The notes: generated from the sequence alone by a model not told the origin. DNA of 64,000 nucleotides from Anaerolineae bacterium (GCA_963675785.1 OY776562.1:704001-768000), one strand, 5' to 3'; shown: positions 48,984 to 59,281, numbered from the stretch's first letter. Numbers and translations are program-made.

Positions 48984-51900
48984 TCAATCTGCCTTTTTAC
49001 GGTCTTGTTCAAACACGTATTTCCAGAGAGTGTGATTCTGTTTACGTTCTACGATGTCAGGCCTAAAATTAGGTGGGGTCGGCTTGAAAGTATCGTCATC
49101 GTGCTGCAATTCGTATTCTTTCCGCTGAAACTCGCGCAGTGCGTCAATATCGATCTCATCAACTAGTATGGCGCTGTTTTTACCGCCCTTCGTCTTAATG
49201 AGGTCACGTTTCTCTGTAGGCGATGGTGATGTGACTCTACTGTCGCCGTAATCTGACGAGTTCGCCTGAATACAGAAGCAATGAAGGTCACGGCACAGTG
49301 ATTCGATGATGCTACTAAAATAGTTGGTATCTCTATTCCACTCTACTGCTACCGTAAGGTCAGCATAAGATTGAAACAGCGCACGGTCTTGAATAGACGC
49401 TAACTCGTAGCAACAATATACAGAAAACCATACATCTCGCCAATAGAACAAGTGATAGGCGTTCCCCTCTATAGGAACAAATCGATATCCCTTAATTATC
49501 CGTTTTTCCTCTGGCGAATAATGTACCTTTTGATGATAGGTGATATAAGCATATTCATAGTTTTCTTGACGATAAGGCAAGATGATAGCTGTTAGATTAT
49601 ATACTTTTCGTTGTTTTTTATTTTCTCCTTCATGTGCTGGAGAAACTATGTGCTCAATACCTGTGATGAGCCCCATCTGATTTCTGGCACACAGCCTAGC
49701 AATGTCTGGGACCCATTCCCAGGGCAGATAGCTTTCGGGCAACACCAAAAGATCGACCTTCTCTTTGATTGCTGCACGGAGTAGATCTGAAAGCTGTTGG
49801 TATCGCTCAAAACTACGGTTTGCTTTCCCTGTAAGAGCCCCATAAAAATCCTTATCAGTGAGTCTGGCGTTTCCAATGGAGACTTTGAGTTTCTTGCAAG
49901 AATCATCTCCAATGGATATGGCATAACATCCTCTGTTTATAGTATCTTTTTTGAACTTTTCTGGACGAGTTCTCTCTGAAGTAGAGCTATTTTTGTTATC
50001 ACTTTTGTTCTCATCATCGCTCGCTATGCCACAGTGATCTTCATCAGCAGAGCAATCCCTAAATATTCCCACTTTTATTTTATCAAGAGCAAATTTCTTC
50101 CCATCTTCTTCCGATGTTGAGTTTCTTAAATTCGGATAATTCCACTCTCTATATAGAGTTTCTATTTTTTCTCGTTGTTTTATTGGATCTGGCAGATCAA
50201 CAGCACTGCTTATAGCCTGGCAGGTAAGGGCGAAAGAAAGCTCTTGTGGGGTCACCATATATGGATAATAGTGATATTCTTGATCTTCCCATTTCGCGTC
50301 CAAGTATCCTACCACATCCTCAAGTTTATAAAGACATACGTCGAAAGATAATTCATCAGAGAAAATAACCCCCAAAAGGCAATCTATTGGAAGAGGTATT
50401 ACATACTTGTTAATCATCCGTGTGGTACAGTAGTTCTTTCTAGTTTTCAAAAGAGAATCATAGGAGAAATCGATACAGAATTCATCCAAAGCTCCTGCTC
50501 CAACTCTAGGAACAGTCAGAGTTTTCATCGCTGCTTCCTCAATATTTTTGAGGGTTTTTTTGATGTTTGGTCCCCAACGTAACGCGGCTGTGCGACATAT
50601 GGCCGCACGAAGCGTTCTCAGGAGCGCTTCGTCTGACTCTTTGCTCGTTTTGACCTTTTCGTCCGGTACATGAAATTCGACGATGGTCTCCAAAATGTTG
50701 GTTATTAGCTTTTGGTAATTAGTCAAACGATCATTGACAATCATGATTTCCAACAGACGTTCCCACAAAGTGTGATTCTCTATAAGGGCATGCCGATCCA
50801 GAATGGTCAGAAGATCTCTATCAAAGACTGTCTCTTTTTTATCTCTAATCATGCCGCTGGCTTGGCGGTACTTGCCGAGAAACTTGGAGAGTGAGAATTT
50901 ATCCAATTCAACTCCGGCAACGCCTCGCAACTTATGGATACTGTCCTCTCTCTGCAAGTGGAATATTTCACTGTAATCATTTTTGTTGAGGAGAGTGTCC
51001 ATTTCCGGCAAATAGTTGAATCCACTTGCATTTTGAGCGATCTGTGTGTGGAAACAATCTAATAAAGCTCTACTTGCGCCTTTGCGAAAGTAGAATACCC
51101 TGACTTTGCTATCTTGTATTTGAATATCAGGATTTCCTTTTGTACTAAAGATAGCTGGGTTAATCTTATATGCTGAGGGAAAGTTTCGAGCTTGGGAACT
51201 CTCATCTGTGACTTGCGTTTTGTCTTGTTCCTTTGATGGTGTTTTCTTATCCTCTGATGGAGTCTCTCTGTTGCTTGTGATTCCTATAAACAGTTCTTGT
51301 TCATTCGGGCAGTCTGTTCGACTCGCAGGGCATGAACAAAAGTAATAGTTTATCACAAATTCTCTCGTTAGCCGCTCTGTTTGTTCTGTAATTTTCTCGC
51401 CATTCTTATATTTTTTCGATACTTCGTTTGCTTTTTTCTGTAACGGGCTATTTTTCTCTACTTTATCGACGATGATAATGTCATCCACATAGCGCCCATA
51501 GTAGACGGGGTTCCAGCGTTTGATGATAGCGTCATCAAACGGCGTAAGAGCCCAATTAGATAGGATTTTGGAGGGTAGGAAACCGATGGGCAGGATTGTA
51601 CGCTTTCCAATCTGCAATTCCATATCAGTACTTATTTCCCTTATTTTGTCCGAATAGGCACAAAGGACAGCATAGACAAACGCATGGATACGTTTGTAAA
51701 CGCGCTCCTGCCACGGTTCGAGAGTCTTGACATATTTAAACAGTTTTTCGAACTCTTCCTCCTGAATGTCGACGCTGTAATAGAAACTCTTGAAATCCAG
51801 AGTCAGAATCAGAGCATCTTGCTTATCATCAAGCCTACTCTTGGCGTATTGCAAAGCTTTGTCACGCCAGCTCTCATACTGAATAAAATAGGGCTCGAAT

Positions 51901-52421
51901 AGATTGGGCGAGTAGGTAATATCTTCAGAATCGGGATTGATCAAGGTTTTTCTTAGTCGATTACCGTAAGAATGCTCATACATAAGTGCACCATCTGGGT
52001 TATTGGGATTATCTAGAGCCAAACCAACAGACAGCACCCACAAAACTCCTAGGATATGTCCAGTGATGGGTAGATCAATAAAGTATTGAGCTTTTTCGAG
52101 CTGGACAGGCTCACCATCTGTGTTAAAAATGATTCCATTTTTGTCCCTATCTTCTAATTTTTTTGGTAATACCAGCACATTAACTTTATTTTTTATCTGT
52201 TCTTCATATTCTTTCCATATACTTTCTTCTGCCAAAAGTGCGGTACATAGAGTGGAAAAACTGTCGTCGACTTGATCTGTTTCAAACTCAACTATCTTGT
52301 CTCGCAATGGGGGCATATATTTATCAAAGTAAACACTAGCCTTTAGTTTTTTGTAGGCGATGCAAATACGCTTTAATAGTTCATTAAATCCTTGACTTTC
52401 ATTGTTTTGTTCTTTTTGCAT
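48984..52421 (-). CDS. reverse transcriptase-nitrilase (C-N hydrolase) fusion, UG/Abi class, DRT1-like defence RT
   Basis: RT motifs SYGNRL, LDFKSFYY, LPIGFLPS.ILSN, YYGRYVDD; C-terminal nitrilase triad LPES / QKVHYSPEE / YCCYEL, then QANSSDYGDS. AT-rich relative to its flanks. Confidence 0.88.
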   Translation of the reverse strand: MQKEQNNESQGFNELLKRICIAYKKLKASVYFDKYMPPLRDKIVEFETDQVDDSFSTLCTALLAEESIWKEYEEQIKNKVNVLVLPKKLEDRDKNGIIFNTDGEPVQLEKAQYFIDLPITGHILGVLWVLSVGLALDNPNNPDGALMYEHSYGNRLRKTLINPDSEDITYSPNLFEPYFIQYESWRDKALQYAKSRLDDKQDALILTLDFKSFYYSVDIQEEEFEKLFKYVKTLEPWQERVYKRIHAFVYAVLCAYSDKIREISTDMELQIGKRTILPIGFLPSKILSNWALTPFDDAIIKRWNPVYYGRYVDDIIIVDKVEKNSPLQKKANEVSKKYKNGEKITEQTERLTREFVINYYFCSCPASRTDCPNEQELFIGITSNRETPSEDKKTPSKEQDKTQVTDESSQARNFPSAYKINPAIFSTKGNPDIQIQDSKVRVFYFRKGASRALLDCFHTQIAQNASGFNYLPEMDTLLNKNDYSEIFHLQREDSIHKLRGVAGVELDKFSLSKFLGKYRQASGMIRDKKETVFDRDLLTILDRHALIENHTLWERLLEIMIVNDRLTNYQKLITNILETIVEFHVPDEKVKTSKESDEALLRTLRAAICRTAALRWGPNIKKTLKNIEEAAMKTLTVPRVGAGALDEFCIDFSYDSLLKTRKNYCTTRMINKYVIPLPIDCLLGVIFSDELSFDVCLYKLEDVVGYLDAKWEDQEYHYYPYMVTPQELSFALTCQAISSAVDLPDPIKQREKIETLYREWNYPNLRNSTSEEDGKKFALDKIKVGIFRDCSADEDHCGIASDDENKSDNKNSSTSERTRPEKFKKDTINRGCYAISIGDDSCKKLKVSIGNARLTDKDFYGALTGKANRSFERYQQLSDLLRAAIKEKVDLLVLPESYLPWEWVPDIARLCARNQMGLITGIEHIVSPAHEGENKKQRKVYNLTAIILPYRQENYEYAYITYHQKVHYSPEEKRIIKGYRFVPIEGNAYHLFYWRDVWFSVYCCYELASIQDRALFQSYADLTVAVEWNRDTNYFSSIIESLCRDLHCFCIQANSSDYGDSRVTSPSPTEKRDLIKTKGGKNSAILVDEIDIDALREFQRKEYELQHDDDTFKPTPPNFRPDIVERKQNHTLWKYVFEQDRKKAD

Positions 52422-52683
52422 AATCTTATGCCTTTGTAAAGTGAGTTCTGGCGATCAAATCTCTACCGAGTCTTGCAAAAAAAGCTCTTGTGTAACTATT
52501 ATCATGGACTTTTCACTAAACAGTGTGCTCTCTTGGTATTATTCAGGGAAAACATCAACTTACAGAGATAGAGAAGATTCTCAACTATTGAAACTGCTAA
52601 TAGATATCTTATGAAGCTATAATACACTTTTTTGCGTTAAAAGTCTGCTGTATCACTATAAATCACCAACGCGTAAGCCAACA

Positions 52684-52712
52684 TTGCACTTTTGGCTCTT
52701 GTTGGCTATTCT
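52684..52712 (+). promoter_or_regulatory. sigma70-like promoter of manA within an inverted repeat
   Basis: TTGCAC-N17-TATTCT; AGCCAACA (52676) / TGTTGGCT (52700) arms. Confidence 0.55.
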
Positions 52713-52738
52713 GGTGAGGTACAAGCAAAGGGGAATCT

Positions 52739-53767
52739 ATGACGACTGATATCTATCCACTGACTTTTGAGCCTGTTTTTCGCGACTATATATGGGGTGG
52801 CCGTAATCTGGAGACGCTCTTCGGGCGCCACTTGCCAGAGGGGCGCATCGCCGAAAGCTGGGAGATCTCGGGGCACCCGAGTTCGCCAACTGTGGTGAGC
52901 AACGGCCCTTTGGCCGGCAAGACGCTACCGGAACTCGTCACCGAGATGGGCGTCGATTTGGTGGGCACCGCTTCAGCCGAGATGCTGGCTCGGGGCAAAT
53001 TCCCACTGTTGGTCAAGCTGCTGGATGCCAACCGAGACCTTTCGGTGCAGGTGCACCCCAACGATGCCTATGCTGGCGAATATGAGAACGGCGAACTGGG
53101 CAAGACAGAGATGTGGTACATCCTCTGGGCTGCGCCTAATGCCGAACTCATCTACGGTGTGGCGGAAGGGGTCACCAGGGAATCCTTCAAAAAGGCCATC
53201 GAGAGCAACACGTTGGAGACTCAATTGAACCGCATCCCCATCAAGGCGGGTGATACGGTTTTCGTGCCTTCGGGGACGGTGCACGCGTTGCTAGCGGGTA
53301 CGGTGGCGGCTGAGATTCAGCAAAATTCGGATACCACCTACCGTGTATATGACTGGGGTCGAGTAGGTGACGACGGCAAGCCACGTCCGCTGCACATCGA
53401 CAAGGCCTTGGATGTCATCGATTTCGACCGAGCGGCGCCGCCTTTGGTTGAACCCGTTCAGGTGTGGTCGGGCGAAGGTTTGGAGATGGACTCGCTGGTG
53501 GCCTGCCCACAGTTCAGGATCGACAGGGTTACAATGGAGCAGGGTCTGGCCATCGAGGGCTATTGCTCGGGCGTCACTTTTGAGATATGGGGCTGCATCA
53601 AGGGGCAAGTCAGGATAGAGCATGATGACGAGCTTTGGCCGGCGGTCGATATCTCTGCCGTAGGTTGGGTGTTGTTACCTGCTACTCTGGGGGATTTCAC
53701 TGTTCGGGCCAGTGAGGACAGCGTTTTATTACGGGCACGAATTCCCAAGCCCGAAAAAGGCAAGTAA
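52739..53767 (+). CDS. manA: type I mannose-6-phosphate isomerase
   Basis: IWGG, AESWE, FPLLVKLLDA..LSVQVHP, KTEMWY, GTVHA, EIQQNSDTTYRVYD. Confidence 0.92.
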   Translation: MTTDIYPLTFEPVFRDYIWGGRNLETLFGRHLPEGRIAESWEISGHPSSPTVVSNGPLAGKTLPELVTEMGVDLVGTASAEMLARGKFPLLVKLLDANRDLSVQVHPNDAYAGEYENGELGKTEMWYILWAAPNAELIYGVAEGVTRESFKKAIESNTLETQLNRIPIKAGDTVFVPSGTVHALLAGTVAAEIQQNSDTTYRVYDWGRVGDDGKPRPLHIDKALDVIDFDRAAPPLVEPVQVWSGEGLEMDSLVACPQFRIDRVTMEQGLAIEGYCSGVTFEIWGCIKGQVRIEHDDELWPAVDISAVGWVLLPATLGDFTVRASEDSVLLRARIPKPEKGK

Positions 53768-53796
53768 AAGAGGGGCGGTCTTGACCGCCCCTCTTT
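53767..53796. terminator. bidirectional intrinsic terminator
   Basis: AAAGAGGGGCGGTC-TT-GACCGCCCCTCTTT. Confidence 0.8.
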
Positions 53797-53831
53797 CTCT
53801 AGCAGCTTTTGGTAGACAGATGTTCCGCAGC

Positions 53832-53862
53832 CAGTCGCAAACTGCCGCAGTCGCAAACTGCC
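53832..53862. repeat. short tandem direct repeat (2 x CAGTCGCAAACTGCC)
   Basis: Two perfect 15-mers at 53832 and 53848. Confidence 0.7.
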
Positions 53863-53863
53863 A

Positions 53864-54655
53864 CTATTCGGCGATTACGTGGTTGGTGAGTACACCGATG
53901 CCTTCTATCTCAATGTCTACGACATCGCCTGCATGTAGGAATACCGGCGGTTTGCGCGCAAAGCCTACGCCAGAGGGTGTCCCCGTCATGATGACGGTGC
54001 CCGGAAGCAGCGTCAGGTTTTCTGAGAGGTAGGAAACCAATTTGGCGCAGGAAAAGATCAAGTCATTGGTGTTGGAATCCTGCATGGTTTTGCCATTGAC
54101 TCGCGAAGTGACGCGTGCATTATCGGGGTCGAGATCGGTTTCGATCCAGGGGCCTAGTGGGCAAAAATTATCAAACGATTTTCCGCGTGCCCATTGGCGG
54201 TCAATTTCCAGTTGGCAATCGCGCGCGCTGACGTCGTTGCCGCAGGTATAACCCAGCACGTAATCCAAAGCATCTTCTTCAGAAACATGTTTGGCTTTTT
54301 GGCCGATGATGATAGCCAATTCGCATTCATAATCCACATGATCCGGCGCAATGCGCGGTAGTACGATGGGATCGCTGGGGCCGCAGACCGTAGTGGTGGC
54401 CTTGATGAACAGCAAGGGCCGTTCGGGCAGCGTTTCGCCGCCTTCCATGGCGTGGGCCCGATAGTTAAGCCCGATGGCCAGCACATTGGGAGGATCGACG
54501 GGCGCCAACAGGCGAGAATCTATAGGCAGGGTGGTGCTGCTGTCCACCGACCAATCTCCAAAGACACATCCTTTGATGGGGTGGTACCCCTTGTCGCCGA
54601 TGACGACATGTACCGGTTTGCCGTCTGGGCCGCTGATACGGGCGATTCTGGTCAT
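53864..54655 (-). CDS. fumarylacetoacetate hydrolase family protein
   Basis: IGLNY..H, DYECEL, NDVSARD, GKSFD..CPLGP, TGTPSGVG. Confidence 0.92.
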   Translation of the reverse strand: MTRIARISGPDGKPVHVVIGDKGYHPIKGCVFGDWSVDSSTTLPIDSRLLAPVDPPNVLAIGLNYRAHAMEGGETLPERPLLFIKATTTVCGPSDPIVLPRIAPDHVDYECELAIIIGQKAKHVSEEDALDYVLGYTCGNDVSARDCQLEIDRQWARGKSFDNFCPLGPWIETDLDPDNARVTSRVNGKTMQDSNTNDLIFSCAKLVSYLSENLTLLPGTVIMTGTPSGVGFARKPPVFLHAGDVVDIEIEGIGVLTNHVIAE

Positions 54656-54699
54656 CGCTGGTCCTTTCGTTCTTACAATGGATGATGAGCTATCGTTTG

Positions 54700-55650
54700 T
54701 CAGTTCAAAGATTGGCTGACGAGCGCCGCGCCGCCGAGCACCCCGGCATCGTTTTCAAGTACGCTTTCCACAACCTCTATCTCACGGGGCATCTCGATAG
54801 AGGATTCTCGCTGGATAATATTGCTCACTACATTGATGCTTTCGGGCCAGGCTTTGACTACGCCGCCACCCAATACCAAGAGTTGGGGACTAAGCAGGTT
54901 GACGAGATTGGCTAAAGCGACCCCCATATATTCAAAAGCCTCTATCATCGCAGCGCGCGCGCCTTGATGACCGGAATTGGCCTGATCGATCACTAGGGCA
55001 GCGCCAGCATAGCGTGTGCCTAGCTGAAAGAGCTCTCGTGGATCAAAGAGAGTTTGAGCAGTGCGTTCCAATGCCTTGGCCGAGCAATACATTTCCACAC
55101 AGCCATGTCCACCGCAGGTGCACAGGCGTCCACCCGGCACTACTTTGGTATGGCCGAACTCACCGGCCATGCCGTTACTGCTGTGGTAAACCTGGCCGTT
55201 CAGAATGAGGCCCGAACCGACACCAGAGCCCACAAATACCGCTGCCATATCATCGACTTTGCGACCTACACCAGCAGTATGTTCACCAAGAGCGATCAGG
55301 TTGGTGTTGTTGTCCAAAAAGGCGGGAATGGAGAGGTCATTCTGCAAGTCGTCAACGATAGATGCACCATCTAACACGCTCAGGTTGGGGCAGACGATGA
55401 CATTGCGTCGTTCCACGTCTACGACGCCGGGCACGCCCACCCCAATGCCACAGATATCAGCGAGGGGGATATGCTTGTCATCGAGAAAGCGCCGTGTTGC
55501 ACTGGCCAGTGCGGCTCCCCCCGGCCTTTCGCCTGTGAAGATGACACTGCTCATGGGCCTGTCTCGCGTTACAATGCGTGGCATATCACGTTCTACTATG
55601 GCAAAGTGCGTCCGCGTTGCGCCAATGTCAACTGCCATTCTATAGCTCAT
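54700..55650 (-). CDS. ROK family sugar kinase
   Basis: DIGAT, G.GVGSG, GEFGH, CTCG..GC.E, AGVLGGA; no N-terminal HTH. Confidence 0.88.
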   Translation of the reverse strand: MSYRMAVDIGATRTHFAIVERDMPRIVTRDRPMSSVIFTGERPGGAALASATRRFLDDKHIPLADICGIGVGVPGVVDVERRNVIVCPNLSVLDGASIVDDLQNDLSIPAFLDNNTNLIALGEHTAGVGRKVDDMAAVFVGSGVGSGLILNGQVYHSSNGMAGEFGHTKVVPGGRLCTCGGHGCVEMYCSAKALERTAQTLFDPRELFQLGTRYAGAALVIDQANSGHQGARAAMIEAFEYMGVALANLVNLLSPQLLVLGGGVVKAWPESINVVSNIIQRESSIEMPREIEVVESVLENDAGVLGGAALVSQSLN

Positions 55651-55687
55651 ACTTGCACTCCTCGCGCCACTGCGTCAAACGGCAATT

Positions 55688-57241
55688 TCAGCCGCCCGGA
55701 TGTGATGGATATCCCGTTATATCCCTGATCTCTTCATAGAGTGCCCGCAATCTGCGGTACATTTGCAAATAGACGCGGGTGTAAAGCTCTTCATATATTT
55801 CTGCATTATCTTTGTTGGGTTCAAAAACACGCCCCAACCTGCACATCGATGTGACCGCTGTCTCATGGTCGGGATACCAGCCGAGGCCAACGGCAGCATT
55901 GATGGCGGCACCGAGCGAAGATGTTTCATAGATATGCGGTCTGGCTGTGGGTAGGTTGAACACGTCGGCAGTGATTTGCAGGGCCTGATCGGATTGTGAA
56001 CCACCGCCAGATACGCGCAGCTCATGCACGGGTTTATGGGAAGCTCGTTCGGAGCGTTCTTTGCCTTCGCGCAAGGCGTAGCATAGCCCTTCAATAATAG
56101 CACGATAAACGTGCGCGCGCGTATGAACATCGCCAAATCCGATCATCGCCCCCTTGGCCTCTGGGCCGGGCAGCTTGACCCCTGGCGCCCAGTAGGGCTG
56201 AACTAGCAAGCCCATCGAACCAGGCGGCACTTCGGCAGCCAGCTCATCGAACAGTGATTCTGGTTCAATGCCCAAACCGGCAGCCAGGTTTTCTTCGCGC
56301 AGGCCAAACTCCTGTCGGAACCAACTTACCATCCAATAGCCGCGGTAGATCTGCGTCTCCAGGCTGTAATGATCGGGCACAGCCGCCGGATAGGGCGGTA
56401 TGAGTGGAATCGTCTCGACATAACGCTTGTGGGTGGTGTTAAAGGTGGCTGTCGTGCCGTAACTCAGGCAACCAATATGTGGGTCCAGCGCACCAGCGCC
56501 AATGACTTCGCAGGCTTTATCTCCGCCGGCGGCGAACATGGGTAAGCCCTCGGGGATGCCGGTAGCCAGGCTGGCCTCATGGGTGATATGGCCCAGTATG
56601 CCGCTGGGGGGCACAAGGTCGGGCAATATCGATTCAGGCATGGGAACAGCCTTCCACTTCCAGCTGCCTTTACTGGCCCAGACTAGTTTTTTATAGTCAA
56701 ATGGCACATAACCCACTTGCGAAGCCACTGAATCGACTGTTTCACCAGTGAGAAGGCGCGTCAGGTATCCCGACAAAAACAGATATTTGTCCGTCTTGTC
56801 CCATATCTCTGGCTGATGCTTTTGGATCCAGTTGCTTTCGGCCTCTGCCTGAAAGTAGGCGACGGTCTCTCTCATGCCGGATAGCGCAAAGAGCAGCCCC
56901 CACAAACCGCCCACGGGGGGCAAGCCTTCGGCTCGCCGCTGATCCAACCAGACAATAGCCGGGCGCAGTGGCTTGCCTTCGCGGTCGATGTTGACTACTG
57001 TGGCACGCTGTGTGGTGAGCGAAACACCTTTGATTGCCTCTTTGGGGATAGAGGTTGTATCCCAAAGCTTGTTGCAAACGCAACATAGCTGCCGCCAAAA
57101 ATACTCGGGATCCTGCTCTGCCCAACCAGGATTTACAGAATAGTAAGGATCGAGGATGACCCGCGCCATTTCGACGAGGTTGCCCTGAGCATCAATGATT
57201 GTTGCCCGAACGCTCTGGGTGCCGTTATCGATGGCCAGCAC
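55688..57241 (-). CDS. FGGY-family carbohydrate kinase
   Basis: IDNGTQS, WAEQDP, VWLDQR, GGDK, GTT, RAIIEG, SGGGS. Start uncertain. Confidence 0.9.
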   Translation of the reverse strand: MLAIDNGTQSVRATIIDAQGNLVEMARVILDPYYSVNPGWAEQDPEYFWRQLCCVCNKLWDTTSIPKEAIKGVSLTTQRATVVNIDREGKPLRPAIVWLDQRRAEGLPPVGGLWGLLFALSGMRETVAYFQAEAESNWIQKHQPEIWDKTDKYLFLSGYLTRLLTGETVDSVASQVGYVPFDYKKLVWASKGSWKWKAVPMPESILPDLVPPSGILGHITHEASLATGIPEGLPMFAAGGDKACEVIGAGALDPHIGCLSYGTTATFNTTHKRYVETIPLIPPYPAAVPDHYSLETQIYRGYWMVSWFRQEFGLREENLAAGLGIEPESLFDELAAEVPPGSMGLLVQPYWAPGVKLPGPEAKGAMIGFGDVHTRAHVYRAIIEGLCYALREGKERSERASHKPVHELRVSGGGSQSDQALQITADVFNLPTARPHIYETSSLGAAINAAVGLGWYPDHETAVTSMCRLGRVFEPNKDNAEIYEELYTRVYLQMYRRLRALYEEIRDITGYPSHPGG

Positions 57242-57269
57242 ATAGGGCCCGCCCCGTGAGGAGGATGGA

Positions 57270-58232
57270 CTAGTCGTAATTGCCCTCCTCGCGCCAGATT
57301 TTGAGCATCATTTCATAGCGTTCCAACGGCATTCCGGTGAATACGCAGTTACTGGTAGAGAAAACATAGCCACCGCCGGGCATGCCGTTGCGCAGCGCAT
57401 ACCGCACCGATTCGATGACTTCTTCATCGGTGCCGGTGGTGAGCAGCCCGCAGTTGACGTTGCCAATCAGGGCTACCTTATCGCCAACTAGTCGCTTGAT
57501 CTCGGCAATATCCACGCCGCCCTGCGGGTCCAGGCTATGCAGTGCGTGGGGGCCGGCATCTACTAACTCATTTAGGATGGGCATGATGTTGCCATCGGTG
57601 TGTTTGATGGTGTAAAAGCCTAATTCGCGTTCCCCTTGTACCACCCGTTTAAGAAACGGGGCGACGGCCTTGCGGAACATGCGCGGGCTGAGAAACGGAC
57701 CTGTGTTAAAGCAGTAATCGGAACAGAGGGCAAAGCCATCCAATCCGCCGTGGGCGGCCAGCTTGGCGGCTTTTTCCAGTTGGGCATCCACGCGACGGTC
57801 GGCTTCGGCCAGGGCTTCATCGGTCTTGTTATAGAGCCAGGCGCACCATTCGGTCATCTTGTCACCGTTGGGGATGGAATACGTGGCGTCGCCGTGCATC
57901 ATCAAAAAGTAGGTGTCACCGCTCTTTTCCCGAATCGCGTCGATGAGGCGGTAGGTCTCTTCCAGCGTGTTGGGGTTGGGGTGGATAAAGATGGCATCGT
58001 GTTCGAATCGTTGTGCCGTGCGGATATATAGATCGGCCATATCTTGCCGATGCAGTTCGCGTTCTGTCTCCGTCATCTGGTCCCACTGATGGTAGCTGCG
58101 ATGGCTAGGATGCACTTGCCCAAAGGCCTCCATCGTGAGGAAAAAGACGAGTTCGAAATGGGGCACGCGACCGTGGATAGGCTTTCTATCGAGCGCTGCG
58201 GCAAAGCGTTCGCGTGGGGTCGGATCTATCAA
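57270..58232 (-). CDS. uroporphyrinogen decarboxylase-like / MtaA-CmuA superfamily protein
   Basis: [47 protein letters not shown]. Confidence 0.8.
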   Translation of the reverse strand: MIDPTPRERFAAALDRKPIHGRVPHFELVFFLTMEAFGQVHPSHRSYHQWDQMTETERELHRQDMADLYIRTAQRFEHDAIFIHPNPNTLEETYRLIDAIREKSGDTYFLMMHGDATYSIPNGDKMTEWCAWLYNKTDEALAEADRRVDAQLEKAAKLAAHGGLDGFALCSDYCFNTGPFLSPRMFRKAVAPFLKRVVQGERELGFYTIKHTDGNIMPILNELVDAGPHALHSLDPQGGVDIAEIKRLVGDKVALIGNVNCGLLTTGTDEEVIESVRYALRNGMPGGGYVFSTSNCVFTGMPLERYEMMLKIWREEGNYD

Positions 58233-58372
58233 GGCGGCCTCCGTGTTAGATGAAAACGACCAGGCTGATACCGGTAGCTAAGATTAGCGATGAGAGCGTC
58301 TTGTGTCAACCCAGGGTGCTTGCCAGCGGCGCAGATAAGACTACTATTTAGGGATGGAACTGGAGGGGGATT

Positions 58373-59281
58373 ATGGAAAATGAGCGCGCCATCGAGACAA
58401 AAGATCTCACTGTATCTTATGGCAAACACAGGGGAATCACCGATGTCGATCTTGCCGTAGAGTCTGGCGAGGTTTACGGCTTTCTTGGGCCTAATGGTGC
58501 TGGTAAAACAACAACCATGCGTACGTTGCTCGACTTGATTAGGCCAGTATCGGGCACGGCGACGATCTTTGGCTTGGATTGCCAACGCCAGGGAGCTCAT
58601 GCTCGCGAATATGTGGGCTATATGCCGGGCGATCTCAACATGTATTCTCAGCTCTCTGGCAAAGACTATTTGGCCATGATCACTTATTTGCGTGGCAATC
58701 ATATCGACAAACGCTATACCGAGATGCTCTGTCAACGGTTGGATTTGAACGTGAATCGGCGCATCGGTGAATACTCGACCGGCAATCGACGCAAGCTGGG
58801 TCTGGTAGCCGCCTTTATGCCCCAACCGCAGTTGCTCATGCTGGATGAGCCGACCTCGGGCCTCGACCCCTTGGTGCAAGAGACGGTGCTCGATATGGTG
58901 CGTGAGGCTGTAGACGGAGGTAGCACTGTTTTCTTCTCCACCCATGTGCTCTCAGAGGCTGAGACGATCTGCGACCGCGTCGCTCTCATTCGCGAAGGTC
59001 GTGTGATCACGGTGGAAAGCGTCAAGAGCCTTACTGCCAAGCGCTTAACAACGTTATCACTAGAGCTGGCTCATGCTGTTTCGGCGGAGGCTATTGAACG
59101 CAAAGGTGTTGAGGTGTTGAGCATCGAGGGCAACCTCATTCGTGTTCAGATCACCAGTGGTTTGCCCGAGTTTATGCGCCAGATGTCGTTGTTGGGCATC
59201 GAGTCCATCACCACTGAGCCGGTCACTCTCGAATCTGTCTTTCTCTCATACTACCGAGGTGAGGAGGCCCCCCGTGTATAG
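58373..59281 (+). CDS. ABC exporter ATP-binding protein
   Basis: GPNGAGKTT, YSTGN, LDEPTSGLDP, STH. Confidence 0.93.
   Translation: MENERAIETKDLTVSYGKHRGITDVDLAVESGEVYGFLGPNGAGKTTTMRTLLDLIRPVSGTATIFGLDCQRQGAHAREYVGYMPGDLNMYSQLSGKDYLAMITYLRGNHIDKRYTEMLCQRLDLNVNRRIGEYSTGNRRKLGLVAAFMPQPQLLMLDEPTSGLDPLVQETVLDMVREAVDGGSTVFFSTHVLSEAETICDRVALIREGRVITVESVKSLTAKRLTTLSLELAHAVSAEAIERKGVEVLSIEGNLIRVQITSGLPEFMRQMSLLGIESITTEPVTLESVFLSYYRGEEAPRV

Noticed and set aside
48942-49166. Small hydrophobic ORF (and 52402-52614) as a DRT1-type membrane partner
   Set aside because: Both are antisense to and overlap the RT gene and lack a clear RBS; hydrophobicity is expected from AT-rich antisense frames.
48984-52421. 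RT as a group II intron, retron, DGR or CRISPR-associated RT
   Set aside because: No maturase/HNH domain, no retron VTG motif, no TR/VR repeat pair or avd-like gene, no cas1 or array seen; the C-terminal domain is a nitrilase.
53832-53862. 15-bp tandem repeat as an att site or target-site duplication
   Set aside because: The copies are adjacent with no element between them and lie outside the AT-rich islet; more likely a local slippage duplication.
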